This document shows positions 49,101 to 58,664 of a stretch of DNA of 64,000 bases, one piece after another. The position numbers and the translations under genes were made by a program. Below the pieces are notes generated by a model, which was not told where the DNA came from, ran no database searches, and saw nothing but the letters and a program-made list of their open reading frames with translations. The DNA lies in the NCBI GenBank assembly GCA_036397065.1, contig DASWJP010000099.1:12553-76552 (forward strand), written 5' to 3'. Source of the DNA: Kiloniellales bacterium (lineage in GTDB: Bacteria; Pseudomonadota; Alphaproteobacteria; Kiloniellales; J153). The first letter of the stretch is position 1. Every line of letters starts with the position of its first letter.

Positions 49101-49130
49101 CCATCGCGTCTCCCCCCATCGCGTCTTCCC
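49101..49130. repeat. 2 x 15-bp tandem direct repeat CCATCGCGTCT(C/T)CCC, 8 nt upstream of the TetR start codon
   Basis: Read directly; 14 of 15 identical. Confidence 0.9.
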
Positions 49131-49187
49131 CCGCGGCATTATCGGGCACATGGGGGAACTTTGCAAAGAGGCGCGCGGCCGCAGCGG

Positions 49188-49676
49188 TTAAGGGCCTAGC
49201 CGGATGTCGGCGACATCGCCGCCGGTCATGGCGACCAGATCGGCGGGCCGCAGGCGAAACACCGCGTTCGGCGTGCCCGCCGCCGCCCAGATCTCGTCGA
49301 AGGCCAGCAGATCGCGGTCGATGAAGATCGGCAGCGGCTCGGCATGGCCGATGGGCGGCACGCCGCCGATGGCAAAGCCGGTGCGGGCGCGGACGAAATC
49401 CGCATCGGCCCGGCCGATCGGTTCGCCCAGCCGGGCCGCCACCGCTTTTTCGTCGACCCGGTTGGCGCCGCTGGCGATCACCATCACCGCCCGGTCGGTG
49501 GTGCGGGCGCGAAAGACCAGGGATTTGGCGATCTGACCGATGGTGCAGCCGATGGCGGCCGCGGCCTCGGCGGAGGTGCGCGTGCTGGCCGGAAACTCGC
49601 GCACCTCGGCGGCGATGCCGTGCGCGGCGAGTGCCGCCTGCACCCGCTGGGCGCTGGTCTTGAGGGTGTCGCTCAC
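49188..49676 (-). CDS. YbaK/EbsC-family aminoacyl-tRNA deacylase
   Basis: YbaK-like sequence (CTIGQIAKSLVF, GGVPPIGH); 162 aa. Overlaps the proC stop by 4 nt. Confidence 0.85.
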   Translation of the reverse strand: MSDTLKTSAQRVQAALAAHGIAAEVREFPASTRTSAEAAAAIGCTIGQIAKSLVFRARTTDRAVMVIASGANRVDEKAVAARLGEPIGRADADFVRARTGFAIGGVPPIGHAEPLPIFIDRDLLAFDEIWAAAGTPNAVFRLRPADLVAMTGGDVADIRLGP

Positions 49677-50500
49677 GACGCTAGTTCCCGGCTGCGCCGG
49701 GTCGCCGCGGCGATGGCCCGGGTCAGCAGGGGCTGCAACCCGTCCTCAGCCATCAATATCTTCAGGGCCTCCAGGGTGGTGCCCCCGGGGCTGGTGACGT
49801 TCTCGCGCAACTTGCTCGCCGGCTCGGCCGACTGATGCACCAGCTCGCCGGCGCCAGCCACGGTCGAACGTGCCAGGTGCATGGCCAGATCCGCCGGCAG
49901 CCCGGCCTCGACCCCGGCCTGCGCAAGGCACTCGATCAGCAGGAACACATAAGCCGGGCCGCCGCCCGAGACCGCGGTGATGGCATCCAACAGGCTTTCA
50001 TCGTCGATCCAGGCCACCTCGCCCACGGCGGCCAGCAGGGCGGCGCATTGAGCCCGCTGAGCCGCGTTCGTCTGGATATTGGCGCATAAAACGCTCATGC
50101 CGCGGCCCACCGCCGCCGGCGTGTTCGGCATGGCGCGGACAATCGCCGCCGCCGGACCCAGACCTTTGGCATAAGTGGCGATGCTCCGGCCCGCGGCGAT
50201 GGACAGAAAGACCGCACCGGGGCGCGCAAAGCGGCGGCATTTCGACACCACCGCATCCATCTGCTGCGGCTTGACCGCCAGGACCACCACGGCCGGGGCC
50301 GCGTCCGGTGCCACCGATTCGATTCCGTCGACCACCGTGATCCCGGCCGGAATGGCGCCCGGCACCGGCTTCGGCTCGACCACGGTCACTGAACTGGGAG
50401 AAACTCCGCGCGACAGCCAGCCGGACAACAGGGCGCCGCCCATCTTGCCGCAGCCGACCAGCAACACGGGGCCGTCGGTCAGCATGCCTGCGCGCGCCAT
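49673..50500 (-). CDS. proC: Pyrroline-5-carboxylate reductase
   Basis: VLLVGCGKMGGALLSGW and VTSPGGTTLEAL motifs. Confidence 0.9.
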   Translation of the reverse strand: MARAGMLTDGPVLLVGCGKMGGALLSGWLSRGVSPSSVTVVEPKPVPGAIPAGITVVDGIESVAPDAAPAVVVLAVKPQQMDAVVSKCRRFARPGAVFLSIAAGRSIATYAKGLGPAAAIVRAMPNTPAAVGRGMSVLCANIQTNAAQRAQCAALLAAVGEVAWIDDESLLDAITAVSGGGPAYVFLLIECLAQAGVEAGLPADLAMHLARSTVAGAGELVHQSAEPASKLRENVTSPGGTTLEALKILMAEDGLQPLLTRAIAAATRRSRELAS

Positions 50501-50510
50501 GCCCGGCCGG

Positions 50511-51014
50511 CTAGGCCTCGCCGATCGTATCCATGCGTGCCACCGTCAACGCATCGGCCACCGATTTGCCGCCCCAAACGACCAGTTGCAGGGCCGGATA
50601 GAAGCGCTCGCATTCCACCAGCGCCACGTCGACCAGATCTTCGAGCTGTTCGGCGCTCAACCCCGGGGCGCCGCGCAAGGGAATGGTATGCCGATACATC
50701 GGCGTCCCCTCGTCGGAACCGAAATCGAAATGGCCGAGCCATAAATTCTCGTTTACCAGCGCCAACAACTCGTAGACGGCGGCCTTCTTGGTATCGGGCA
50801 CCCGCAGATCGAGCTGGCAGGAGAAGAACATGGCGTTCATCTCCTTCTGCAACACGAAGTGCATATGATAGCCGCACCAGCGGCCGCTGACGATGGCCAT
50901 CAGCTCGGAATCGCTGTGCCGGTTGAAGGTCCAGTCGTTGGCGCTGACCAACTCCTCCAACACGTCGAGCGGATTGGCTGACAAGTCCCGATGCCGGCTT
51001 GCAACAATCGCCAT
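50511..51014 (-). CDS. YbjN-domain protein
   Basis: NPLDVLEELVSANDWTFNRHSDSELMA and overall YbjN-like pattern. Confidence 0.8.
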   Translation of the reverse strand: MAIVASRHRDLSANPLDVLEELVSANDWTFNRHSDSELMAIVSGRWCGYHMHFVLQKEMNAMFFSCQLDLRVPDTKKAAVYELLALVNENLWLGHFDFGSDEGTPMYRHTIPLRGAPGLSAEQLEDLVDVALVECERFYPALQLVVWGGKSVADALTVARMDTIGEA

Positions 51015-51216
51015 GGTCCACGCATCTCCCCACTGGATGCAGGTATCGGAAGGAAGTTTCTGTGCCGCGTTTCCCGTCCGGCACCGATATATGGCGCATC
51101 AACGAACGACACCCACCAAATCTAGGGTGCCTAATTCGATTCGGCGATGCAAGCGGGGATTACCGGCAACCGTCCACAGGCACCGCCGGACAGGAGCGAG
51201 TCAGAATGAGAAGTGT

Positions 51217-51522
51217 CTATCCGCCGGATGTCTTGCCACTGCTGCTTCGCTTGCGTGCCGGTTTGCCGGCGGCAAGCTTGGCCTCGAGGGCGGCCAGCCG
51301 GTCTTCGAGGCGTTCCTGCTCGGCCCGCGCCTTGGCGGCCATGGCCTTGACCGCGTCGAACTCTTCCCGGGTCACCAGGTCCATGCGCGCGAGAATGCGT
51401 TCGAATTGGTCGCGCAGGCGCGCCTCGATCTCGCCGCGCATGCCCGCCGCGACGCCCAGTGCCCCGGTCGCCACCCGGGCCAAATCGTCGAGCAGGCGGT
51501 TTTGCGTTTGCATGGTCCACAC
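51217..51522 (-). CDS. ubiK: UbiK/YqiC-family accessory factor (coiled coil)
   Basis: LLDDLARVATGALGVAAGMRGEIEARLRDQFERILARMDLVTREEFDAVKAM. Confidence 0.8.
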   Translation of the reverse strand: MWTMQTQNRLLDDLARVATGALGVAAGMRGEIEARLRDQFERILARMDLVTREEFDAVKAMAAKARAEQERLEDRLAALEAKLAAGKPARKRSSSGKTSGG

Positions 51523-51668
51523 ATCCTTCCATCAAGCCAGCCAGTATTGCCCGCATGCCCGCGCGCCGCAACCAAGGCGGCACTTGCCGCGACGGGGACG
51601 CCCCTACTATAACGATCCAAGCCCATGCAAGATCAACTCATGCACAGTCCCCCGGCGAGAGTGGCGCC

Positions 51669-52646
51669 GTGATCCTGGTGACCGGCGGCGCCGGCTTCAT
51701 CGGCTCGAACCTGGCGGCGGCCCTGGCGGCGCGCGGCGAGCGGGTAGTGATTTGCGACCGCCTGGGAAGCCAAGGGAAGTGGCGCAACATCGCGCCGGTC
51801 GAGGTCGAGGACATCCTGTCCCCCGAGGCTTTGCCCGCGTTTCTCGACAGCCACACCGATGGGCTGCGCGCCGTTTTGCACATGGGTGCCATTTCCGAGA
51901 CCACCGCCGAGGACGCCGATGCCTTGGTGGAAAACAATTTCCATGCGTCGATGCGCCTGTGGGCCTGGTGCGCCGCGCACAACAAGCAGTTCATCTACGC
52001 GTCCTCGGCGGCGACCTATGGCGATGGGGCGCAGGGCTTCGACGACGACGCCTCGATCGAGCATCTGGCGCGGCTGCGGCCGTTGAACGCCTATGGCTGG
52101 AGCAAGCATACGTTCGACCGCTGGGTCGCCCGCCGCCTGGCCGACGGAGCGCCGCGGCCGCTGCAATGGGCCGGGCTGAAGTTCTTCAACGTCTATGGCC
52201 CGAACGAGCAGCACAAGGGCGCCCAGGCCAGCGTCGCCTGGCACCTGTGGTCGCAGATCACCGCCGGCGGCCCGGCGCGCCTGTTCCGCTCGCACCACCC
52301 GGACTATGCCGACGGCGGGCAGGTGCGCGATTTCGTCTGGGTGGGCGATTGCAGCGACGTGGTGCTGTGGCTCTTGGACAACCGGCGGGTGAACGGCCTG
52401 TTCAACGTCGGCACCGGCCAGGCGCGCAGCTTCGCCGATCTTGCCGGCGCCGTGTTCGCCGCCCTGGGCCGGGCGCCCAAGATCGAGTACATCCCGACAC
52501 CGGAAAATATCCGCAACCGCTACCAATACTTCACGGAGGCGAAGATGCAGCGCCTGCGCGAAGCCGGGTACGAGAAAGCATTCACCAGCCTGGAAGACGG
52601 GGTGCGCCGCTATGTCCAGGATTTCCTGGCCACGCCTGCGGCCTGA
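51669..52646 (+). CDS. hldD: ADP-L-glycero-D-manno-heptose-6-epimerase
   Basis: ILVTGGAGFIGSNL, YASSAATYG, LNAYGWSK and FFNVYGPNEQHKGAQASV. GTG start at 51669; no in-frame ATG nearby. Confidence 0.85.
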   Translation: MILVTGGAGFIGSNLAAALAARGERVVICDRLGSQGKWRNIAPVEVEDILSPEALPAFLDSHTDGLRAVLHMGAISETTAEDADALVENNFHASMRLWAWCAAHNKQFIYASSAATYGDGAQGFDDDASIEHLARLRPLNAYGWSKHTFDRWVARRLADGAPRPLQWAGLKFFNVYGPNEQHKGAQASVAWHLWSQITAGGPARLFRSHHPDYADGGQVRDFVWVGDCSDVVLWLLDNRRVNGLFNVGTGQARSFADLAGAVFAALGRAPKIEYIPTPENIRNRYQYFTEAKMQRLREAGYEKAFTSLEDGVRRYVQDFLATPAA

Positions 52647-52649
52647 TCC

Positions 52650-53444
52650 ATGATCGCCGCCCTGACCTTTCCGGCGTTCGATCCGATCGCGATTTCCATC
52701 GGCCCGTTCGCCATCCGCTGGTACGCGCTGGCCTATATCGCGGGCATTCTTCTCGCCTGGCGCTATTGCCGCTGGCTGGCCAGCCGGCCGCCGGTGCGAT
52801 TGAGCGCGCGGGCCATCGACGATTTTCTGTTTTGGGCGACCATCGGCATCGTCATCGGCGGGCGCCTGGGCTATGTGCTGTTCTACAAGCCGGGCTACTA
52901 TCTGGAAAATCCGCTGGAGATCGTCTTTCTCTGGCGCGGCGGCATGAGCTTCCACGGCGGCCTGCTGGGCGTGTTCGCGGCGGTCGTGTTCTTCGCCCGC
53001 AGCCAGAACATACATTTCACAGTCCTCTCCGATATCGTCGCCGCGGCCGCACCCATCGGCCTGTTCCTCGGGCGCATCGCCAACTTCGTCAACGGTGAGC
53101 TATTCGGCCGTCCCACCGATGTAGCCTGGGGCATGGTGTTTCCGGCCGGCGGTCCGGTGGTGCGCCATCCGAGCCAGATTTACGAGTCCGGCCTCGAGGG
53201 CATCGCTCTTTTCATTGTGCTGTTCATTCTCGTGCGTCTCGGGGCCTTGCGCGACGGCGGCATGTTGACCGGCGCGTTCCTGGTCGGGTACGCCCTGGCG
53301 CGTTTCATCTCCGAACTGTTCCGCGAGCCGGACCTGCACATCGGATTCTTGGCCGGCGGCATCACCATGGGTCAGGTTCTATCCCTGCCCATGTTGCTGG
53401 CGGGAGTAGGCTTCATTGTCTGGGCCCGACGCGCCCAGCCCTGA
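52650..53444 (+). CDS. lgt: Prolipoprotein diacylglyceryl transferase
   Basis: IRWYALAYIAGILLAW, GGMSFHGGLLG and GRIANFVNGELFGRPT. Confidence 0.9.
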   Translation: MIAALTFPAFDPIAISIGPFAIRWYALAYIAGILLAWRYCRWLASRPPVRLSARAIDDFLFWATIGIVIGGRLGYVLFYKPGYYLENPLEIVFLWRGGMSFHGGLLGVFAAVVFFARSQNIHFTVLSDIVAAAAPIGLFLGRIANFVNGELFGRPTDVAWGMVFPAGGPVVRHPSQIYESGLEGIALFIVLFILVRLGALRDGGMLTGAFLVGYALARFISELFREPDLHIGFLAGGITMGQVLSLPMLLAGVGFIVWARRAQP

Positions 53445-54558
53445 AGACGGCGCCACAACCCCACTGGGCGCGCGCCTTGCCGCGCGCATCGCCCGCCATG
53501 GGCCGATCACCCTGGCCGACTACATGGCCGAGGCGCTGACCCATCCGCGCCACGGCTACTACATGCACGGCGATCCCTTCGGCACGCGCGGCGATTTCAT
53601 CACCGCCCCCGAAATCAGCCAAATATTCGGCGAGTTGATCGGCCTGTGGTGCGCCGAGGTCTGGCACGCCCAAGGCGCACCCGACCCGGTCCTGCTGGTC
53701 GAGCTTGGCCCCGGACGCGGCACCTTGATGGCGGATGCCTTGCGCGCCGCACGCATCGCCCTCGATTTCCACCGCGCCGTGCGGCCGCATCTGGTGGAGA
53801 TCAGCCCGGCGTTGCGCCGCCGCCAGGCCGAAACCTTGCACGCGTACAGCGGCGATCTGACCCCGACCTGGCACGACAGCCTGGCGGATGTGCCCGAGGG
53901 ACCGATTCTGCTCATCGCCAACGAGTTCTTCGACGCCCTGCCGGTGCGCCAGTTTGCCCGCACCGCCGCCGGCTGGTGCGAGCGCCTGGTGACCTTGAGC
54001 GCGGACGGCCGGTCCCTGATACTCACCCTCGGCCCGCCGGGCCCGCAGGCGGAGATTCTGACGGCACAGGCCAAGCTGAACACCCCACCCGGCGCGATCG
54101 CCGAGGTGTCGCCCGCCGCCATCGGCATCGCCGCCGAGATCGGCCGCCGTCTGGCCGCCCACGGCGGCGCCGCCCTGATCATCGACTACGGCAACGACCG
54201 GCCGCCCGGCGAGCCGACCTTGCAGGCCGTGCGCCGCCATGCCCGCCACGATGTGCTGGCGCAGCCGGGCCGCGCCGATCTGACCGCCCATGTGGACTTC
54301 GCCGCCCTCGCCCGCGCTGCGACGGAAGCCGGCGCCCGCGCCAGCGGCCCCGTCCCTCAGGGTGCATTTCTCGAAGCCCTCGGCCTGTCCGCTCGGGTCA
54401 GCACCTTGTCCCGCACCGCTACCCCGGCCCAGGCGGAGGCCATTGCCGCCGCGGTCCACCGGCTCACCGACACTGCCGAGATGGGCACCTTGTTCAAGGC
54501 CCTGGCCCTGAGCGCCCCGGGTAATGCCGCATTGCCCGGCTTTCCCCAACCGGCATGA
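53416..54558 (+). CDS. Class I SAM-dependent methyltransferase, DUF185 (MidA/NDUFAF7-like)
   Basis: GDFITAPEISQIFGELIG and LVELGPGRGTLMAD. TTG start overlapping the lgt 3' end. Confidence 0.85.
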   Translation: MSGPDAPSPEDGATTPLGARLAARIARHGPITLADYMAEALTHPRHGYYMHGDPFGTRGDFITAPEISQIFGELIGLWCAEVWHAQGAPDPVLLVELGPGRGTLMADALRAARIALDFHRAVRPHLVEISPALRRRQAETLHAYSGDLTPTWHDSLADVPEGPILLIANEFFDALPVRQFARTAAGWCERLVTLSADGRSLILTLGPPGPQAEILTAQAKLNTPPGAIAEVSPAAIGIAAEIGRRLAAHGGAALIIDYGNDRPPGEPTLQAVRRHARHDVLAQPGRADLTAHVDFAALARAATEAGARASGPVPQGAFLEALGLSARVSTLSRTATPAQAEAIAAAVHRLTDTAEMGTLFKALALSAPGNAALPGFPQPA

Positions 54559-54600
54559 GTCAGCTAAGCTCGCCACCAACCCACCGGAGATCACCCCCGC

Positions 54601-55368
54601 ATGCTGACCATCGGACCGATGAATGACCTGCCGCGTATCCGCCACGCCTTCTTCGAGCGGACCGGCGGCGTCAGCGTGGGCTTGTACACCTCGCTGAATT
54701 GCGGCTTCGGCTCCGGCGACGAGGCGGACCGGGTGGCGGAAAATCGGGCCCGCGCCCTGGAGAAATTGGAACTTGAACCGGGCGATCTGGTGACCGCCTA
54801 CCAGGTTCATTCCAACCGGGTCGCCGTTGTCGAGACCCCGTGGCAACGCGAGACGTCCCCGGAAGTGGATGCCATGGTCACGCGCACGCCGGGCTTGGCG
54901 CTGGGAATATTGACCGCCGATTGCGTCCCGGTGCTGCTCGCGGACGCCCAGGCCAGGGTCATCGGCGCCGCCCACGCCGGCTGGCGCGGTGCCCTCGATG
55001 GCATATTGGATGCCGTCGTTACCGCCATGGTCGATCTGGGCGCCAACGCCGAGCACATCATCGCCGGCATCGGCCCGGCCATCGGCCAGCGGTCTTACGA
55101 GGTCGGGCCGGAATTCCCGGCCCCGTTCCTGGCTCAGTCATCGTCCAACCAGGATTTCTTCTGCCCGGCGTCCCGAGCCGATCATTTCATGTTCGATCTG
55201 AAGGGATATGTGGCTCGCCGATTGATCGGCGCCGGCGCCAATAGCGTGCAGATTCTGCCCTGCGACACGTGTGCCGAAGAGACGCGCTTTTTCAGCTACC
55301 GCCGGTCCTGCCAGCGCGGCGAGCCGGATTACGGCCGCGGTCTGTCCGCCATCTATCTTGAACCCTGA
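54601..55368 (+). CDS. pgeF: Purine-nucleoside phosphorylase / laccase-domain protein (YfiH/PgeF family)
   Basis: HSNRVAVV, ILTADCVPVLL and AHAGWRG motifs. Confidence 0.85.
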   Translation: MLTIGPMNDLPRIRHAFFERTGGVSVGLYTSLNCGFGSGDEADRVAENRARALEKLELEPGDLVTAYQVHSNRVAVVETPWQRETSPEVDAMVTRTPGLALGILTADCVPVLLADAQARVIGAAHAGWRGALDGILDAVVTAMVDLGANAEHIIAGIGPAIGQRSYEVGPEFPAPFLAQSSSNQDFFCPASRADHFMFDLKGYVARRLIGAGANSVQILPCDTCAEETRFFSYRRSCQRGEPDYGRGLSAIYLEP

Positions 55369-55407
55369 CTCGAACGCCGACTCGATACCTGCATGACGGA
55401 TTGACTC

Positions 55408-56559
55408 ATGACCCTGCATTTCACACGCAAAGAATTGGCGGACCGGCGGGCCCGCACGTGCATGGCCATGACGGCGAACGGTCTGGATGGCCTGCTGCTG
55501 TTCCGCCAGGAAAGCATGTATTATCTGACCGGCTACGACACCTTCGGGTACGTCTTCTTCCAGTGCCTGTATCTGGGCGCGAATGGCCGCGTCACCTTGC
55601 TGACCCGGGCGCCGGATCTGCGCCAGGCACAGCAAACATCGGACATCGAGGACATCCGCATCTGGATCGACGGGCCCGCGGCCCGGCCCGCCGAAACGTT
55701 GCGCGACATCCTGGCCGGGCACGGATGCCAGGGCCGCCGCCTGGGCGTGGAGTACGAGGCGTATGGCCTCACCGCGCGCTCGGGCCAGCGGCTCGACGCG
55801 GCGCTGGCCGGGTTTTGCGAACTGACGGATGCATCCGAGCTGGTCAGCCGGCTGCGGGTGGTGAAAAGCCCGGCCGAGCAAGCCTATGTGCGCCGGGCCG
55901 CCGAATTGGCCGATGCGGCTTGGGACGCGGCTCGGGACCTGGCCCGGCCGGGCGCCTTCGAAGGCGACATCCTGGCCGCCATGCACAGCGCCATCTTCCA
56001 AGGCGGCGGCGACTATCCGGGCAACGAGTTCATCATCGGCTCCGGCCCGGCGGCGCTGCTGTGCCGCTACCACTCCGGCCGCCGCTACCTAGATGTCCAG
56101 GACCAGCTCACCCTGGAGTGGGCCGGGGTGGATCGGCACTACCACGCCGCCATGATGCGCACCCTGTGCATCGGCAAGCCGCCGGCGCAGCAGGTGGAGA
56201 TGCACCGGGTCGCCGTGACCGCCCTGCGCGCCGTCGAGGCCGCCCTGGTTCCCGGCCGCACCTACGGTGAGGCCTTCGCGGCGCACGCCGCCGCCTTGGA
56301 CGCGGCCGGCTATCAGGCGCACCGCCTGAATGCCTGCGGCTATTCCCTGGGCACCACCTTCTCGCCCAACTGGATGGATTGGCCCATGCTCTATGCCGAC
56401 AATCCGGTCGCCGTCGAGTCCGGCATGGTCATCTTCGTCCACATCATCATTTTCGACAGCGCGCGCAACCTGGCCATGACCCTGGGCCGCACCAGCCTGA
56501 TCGGCGAATCCGGCGCCGAGCTGTTGTCCCAAGCGCCGCTGGATTTGGCCGTGGTTTAG
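55408..56559 (+). CDS. M24-family Xaa-Pro peptidase / creatinase-like hydrolase
   Basis: N-terminal creatinase-type domain plus pita-bread C-terminal domain (VVKSPAEQAYVRRAAELAD...); 383 aa. Confidence 0.8.
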   Translation: MTLHFTRKELADRRARTCMAMTANGLDGLLLFRQESMYYLTGYDTFGYVFFQCLYLGANGRVTLLTRAPDLRQAQQTSDIEDIRIWIDGPAARPAETLRDILAGHGCQGRRLGVEYEAYGLTARSGQRLDAALAGFCELTDASELVSRLRVVKSPAEQAYVRRAAELADAAWDAARDLARPGAFEGDILAAMHSAIFQGGGDYPGNEFIIGSGPAALLCRYHSGRRYLDVQDQLTLEWAGVDRHYHAAMMRTLCIGKPPAQQVEMHRVAVTALRAVEAALVPGRTYGEAFAAHAAALDAAGYQAHRLNACGYSLGTTFSPNWMDWPMLYADNPVAVESGMVIFVHIIIFDSARNLAMTLGRTSLIGESGAELLSQAPLDLAVV

Positions 56560-56565
56560 CCGGCC

Positions 56566-56634
56566 ATGCCCTATCTGCTCATGCTCATGATCTTCCTGGT
56601 GTTGGGCATGCTGGCCAGCTGTGTGCTCCTATGA
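56566..56634 (+). CDS. Candidate 22-aa hydrophobic micro-protein MPYLLMLMIFLVLGMLASCVLL
   Basis: Below the ORF-track size cutoff; found by hand. It starts 6 nt after the peptidase stop, and its TGA overlaps the ATG of the next gene (ATGA). 18 of 21 sense codons end in G/C. Confidence 0.3.
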   Translation: MPYLLMLMIFLVLGMLASCVLL

Positions 56635-57530
56635 GGCGAAGGCTGATGGTCCGCCCCGTCCTGGCCGCGCTGGCCGCCGGTATCCTCCTGGCCGCCTGCG
56701 GCCAGTTGCCGCGCCCCTTCCAGCCCGAGGACAAGAGCGGCAACGCCTTGCTGAACTTGCGCGACGGCGCCGGGATCGTAGTGCAACCGATTGCCGGCGC
56801 CCCGACCGCCGGCGGCCAGATCCTGGCCGAGGCCCTGGTAGCACGGTTGCGCGACCGGGACATTCCGGCCGGCACCGAGAACGGAAATCTGGGCAGCCGG
56901 CATCTTATGGGCCGGGCCGCGGTGCGGCCTTTGCCGGGCGGCCGGGAAGAGATCCTGCTGTATTGGGAAATGCGCGAGCCGGATGGCGGCCGGACCGGCA
57001 TCCTGACCCAGCGACGCGAGCAGGCGGCCGGCGCCTGGGCCGCCGGTGCCCCGGCCCTGCTGGAAACCCTGGCCGAAGCGTTGGCGCCCGAGGTGGCGGC
57101 CTTGGTGCAGGATCCGGCCCTTGCATCCAGTCCGCGGGTCAAGGCCGCCGCCATACCCGGCTTTCCCGGGGCCCGCTTGGTGGTTCTGCAAATACCGGGC
57201 GCGCCGGGGGATGCGGCGCACAGCCTGCCAAGCGCCCTGGAAGCGGCCCTGCAGGCCGCCAAGCTGCCGGTGGCCGATCGCATCGGCGACAATGACCTCC
57301 TGATCCTCGGCGATGTCGCCGTGGGGCCCAAGGATGGGGACCTGCAAACGGTCGCCATCCGCTGGTCCTTGGTCAGCGCCCGCGATGATCGGGAATTGGG
57401 CGAGATTGCCCAGCAAAACGTGGTTCCGGCCGGCAGCCTGGACGGTCCCTGGGGCCCGGTGGCCGACGAAGTCGCCCGCGCCGCCGCCTCGGGCTTGCTG
57501 GACCTGCTTGGACAGGCGGGAAAACTCTAA
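56631..57530 (+). CDS. Hypothetical lipoprotein
   Basis: MRRRLMVRPVLAALAAGILLAAC lipobox. This is the 3' part of ORF 56379..57530. No family recognised. Confidence 0.6.
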   Translation: MRRRLMVRPVLAALAAGILLAACGQLPRPFQPEDKSGNALLNLRDGAGIVVQPIAGAPTAGGQILAEALVARLRDRDIPAGTENGNLGSRHLMGRAAVRPLPGGREEILLYWEMREPDGGRTGILTQRREQAAGAWAAGAPALLETLAEALAPEVAALVQDPALASSPRVKAAAIPGFPGARLVVLQIPGAPGDAAHSLPSALEAALQAAKLPVADRIGDNDLLILGDVAVGPKDGDLQTVAIRWSLVSARDDRELGEIAQQNVVPAGSLDGPWGPVADEVARAAASGLLDLLGQAGKL

Positions 57531-57656
57531 TCCGGCGGCCCGGATCGGGACTGGCAAAAGCGTTTACACAGGCCGGGCACGTTGTTAAGTTCCGCCCGCC
57601 CAGCGACGGCCCCGACGGCCGCCTCGGGCGACGCGCGGATCGGGCGGGCGAGCGGA

Positions 57657-58601
57657 ATGAAAATCCTTACCGGTAATAGCAATCGGCCCCTGGCCGAGGC
57701 CATTTCCGCTTATTTGAACCTGCCCCTGACCCGGGCCAGCGTCCGCCGTTTTTCCGATATGGAGATCTTTGTCGAGATCGACGAGAACGTGCGCGGCGAG
57801 GATGTCTTCGTGATCCAGTCCACGTCCTACCCGGCGAACGACAATCTCATGGAGCTGCTGGTCGCCCTCGATGCCCTCAAGCGCGGCTCGGCGCGGCGCA
57901 CCACGGCGGTCATTCCCTATTTCGGCTATGCCCGCCAGGACCGGAAATCCGGCCCGCGCACGCCCATCTCGGCCAAGCTGGTGGCCAACCTGATCACCTC
58001 GGCGGGCGCCGACCGGGTGCTGACCCTGGACCTGCATGCCGGCCAGATCCAGGGGTTCTTCGACATCCCGACCGACAATCTCTATGCCGCCCCGGTGTTC
58101 GCCAAGGACATCCTGGAGCGCTCCAACGGCGATGAGATGACCATCATCTCGCCGGATGTGGGTGGCGTGCTGCGGGCCCGGGCCATCGCCAAGCGCCTGG
58201 ATGCGGAGCTGGCCATCATCGACAAGCGGCGCGAGCGTGCCGGCGTCTCCGAAGTCATGCACATCATCGGCGACGTGGAAGGCCGGCGCTGCATCATCCT
58301 GGACGACATCGTCGATTCCGCCGGCACCCTGTGCAATGCGGCCGGCGCCTTGATGGACGCCGGCGCCAAATCGGTATGCGCCTATATCACCCACGGCGTC
58401 CTGTCCGGCGGCGCGGTGGCGCGCGTCTCCTCCTCGCCGCTGGAGGAGTTGGTGATGACCGACAGCATTCAGGCGACCGAGGCCGTGCGCGTGGCGCAGA
58501 ACATCCGGCAAATCTCCATCGCCCCCCTGTTGGGCGAGGCGATGAACAGAATCAGCGAAGAGCGTTCGGTTTCAAGTTTGTTCGACTACCCGTCCGGTTG
58601 A
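57657..58601 (+). CDS. prs: Ribose-phosphate pyrophosphokinase
   Basis: [24 protein letters not shown] and [13 protein letters not shown]. Confidence 0.95.
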   Translation: MKILTGNSNRPLAEAISAYLNLPLTRASVRRFSDMEIFVEIDENVRGEDVFVIQSTSYPANDNLMELLVALDALKRGSARRTTAVIPYFGYARQDRKSGPRTPISAKLVANLITSAGADRVLTLDLHAGQIQGFFDIPTDNLYAAPVFAKDILERSNGDEMTIISPDVGGVLRARAIAKRLDAELAIIDKRRERAGVSEVMHIIGDVEGRRCIILDDIVDSAGTLCNAAGALMDAGAKSVCAYITHGVLSGGAVARVSSSPLEELVMTDSIQATEAVRVAQNIRQISIAPLLGEAMNRISEERSVSSLFDYPSG

Positions 58602-58664
58602 GGACGGGTTCATCGCCCGGCACCCCTGGAGGCCGGGCCTATTCGCGAAGAAGGAGCGACCAAG

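Noticed and set aside
50999-53098. 699-aa plus-strand ORF spanning the ubiK, hldD and lgt region
   Set aside because: It runs out of frame or antisense through three genes that each have clear family motifs. Its composition is Arg/Pro/Gly-rich.
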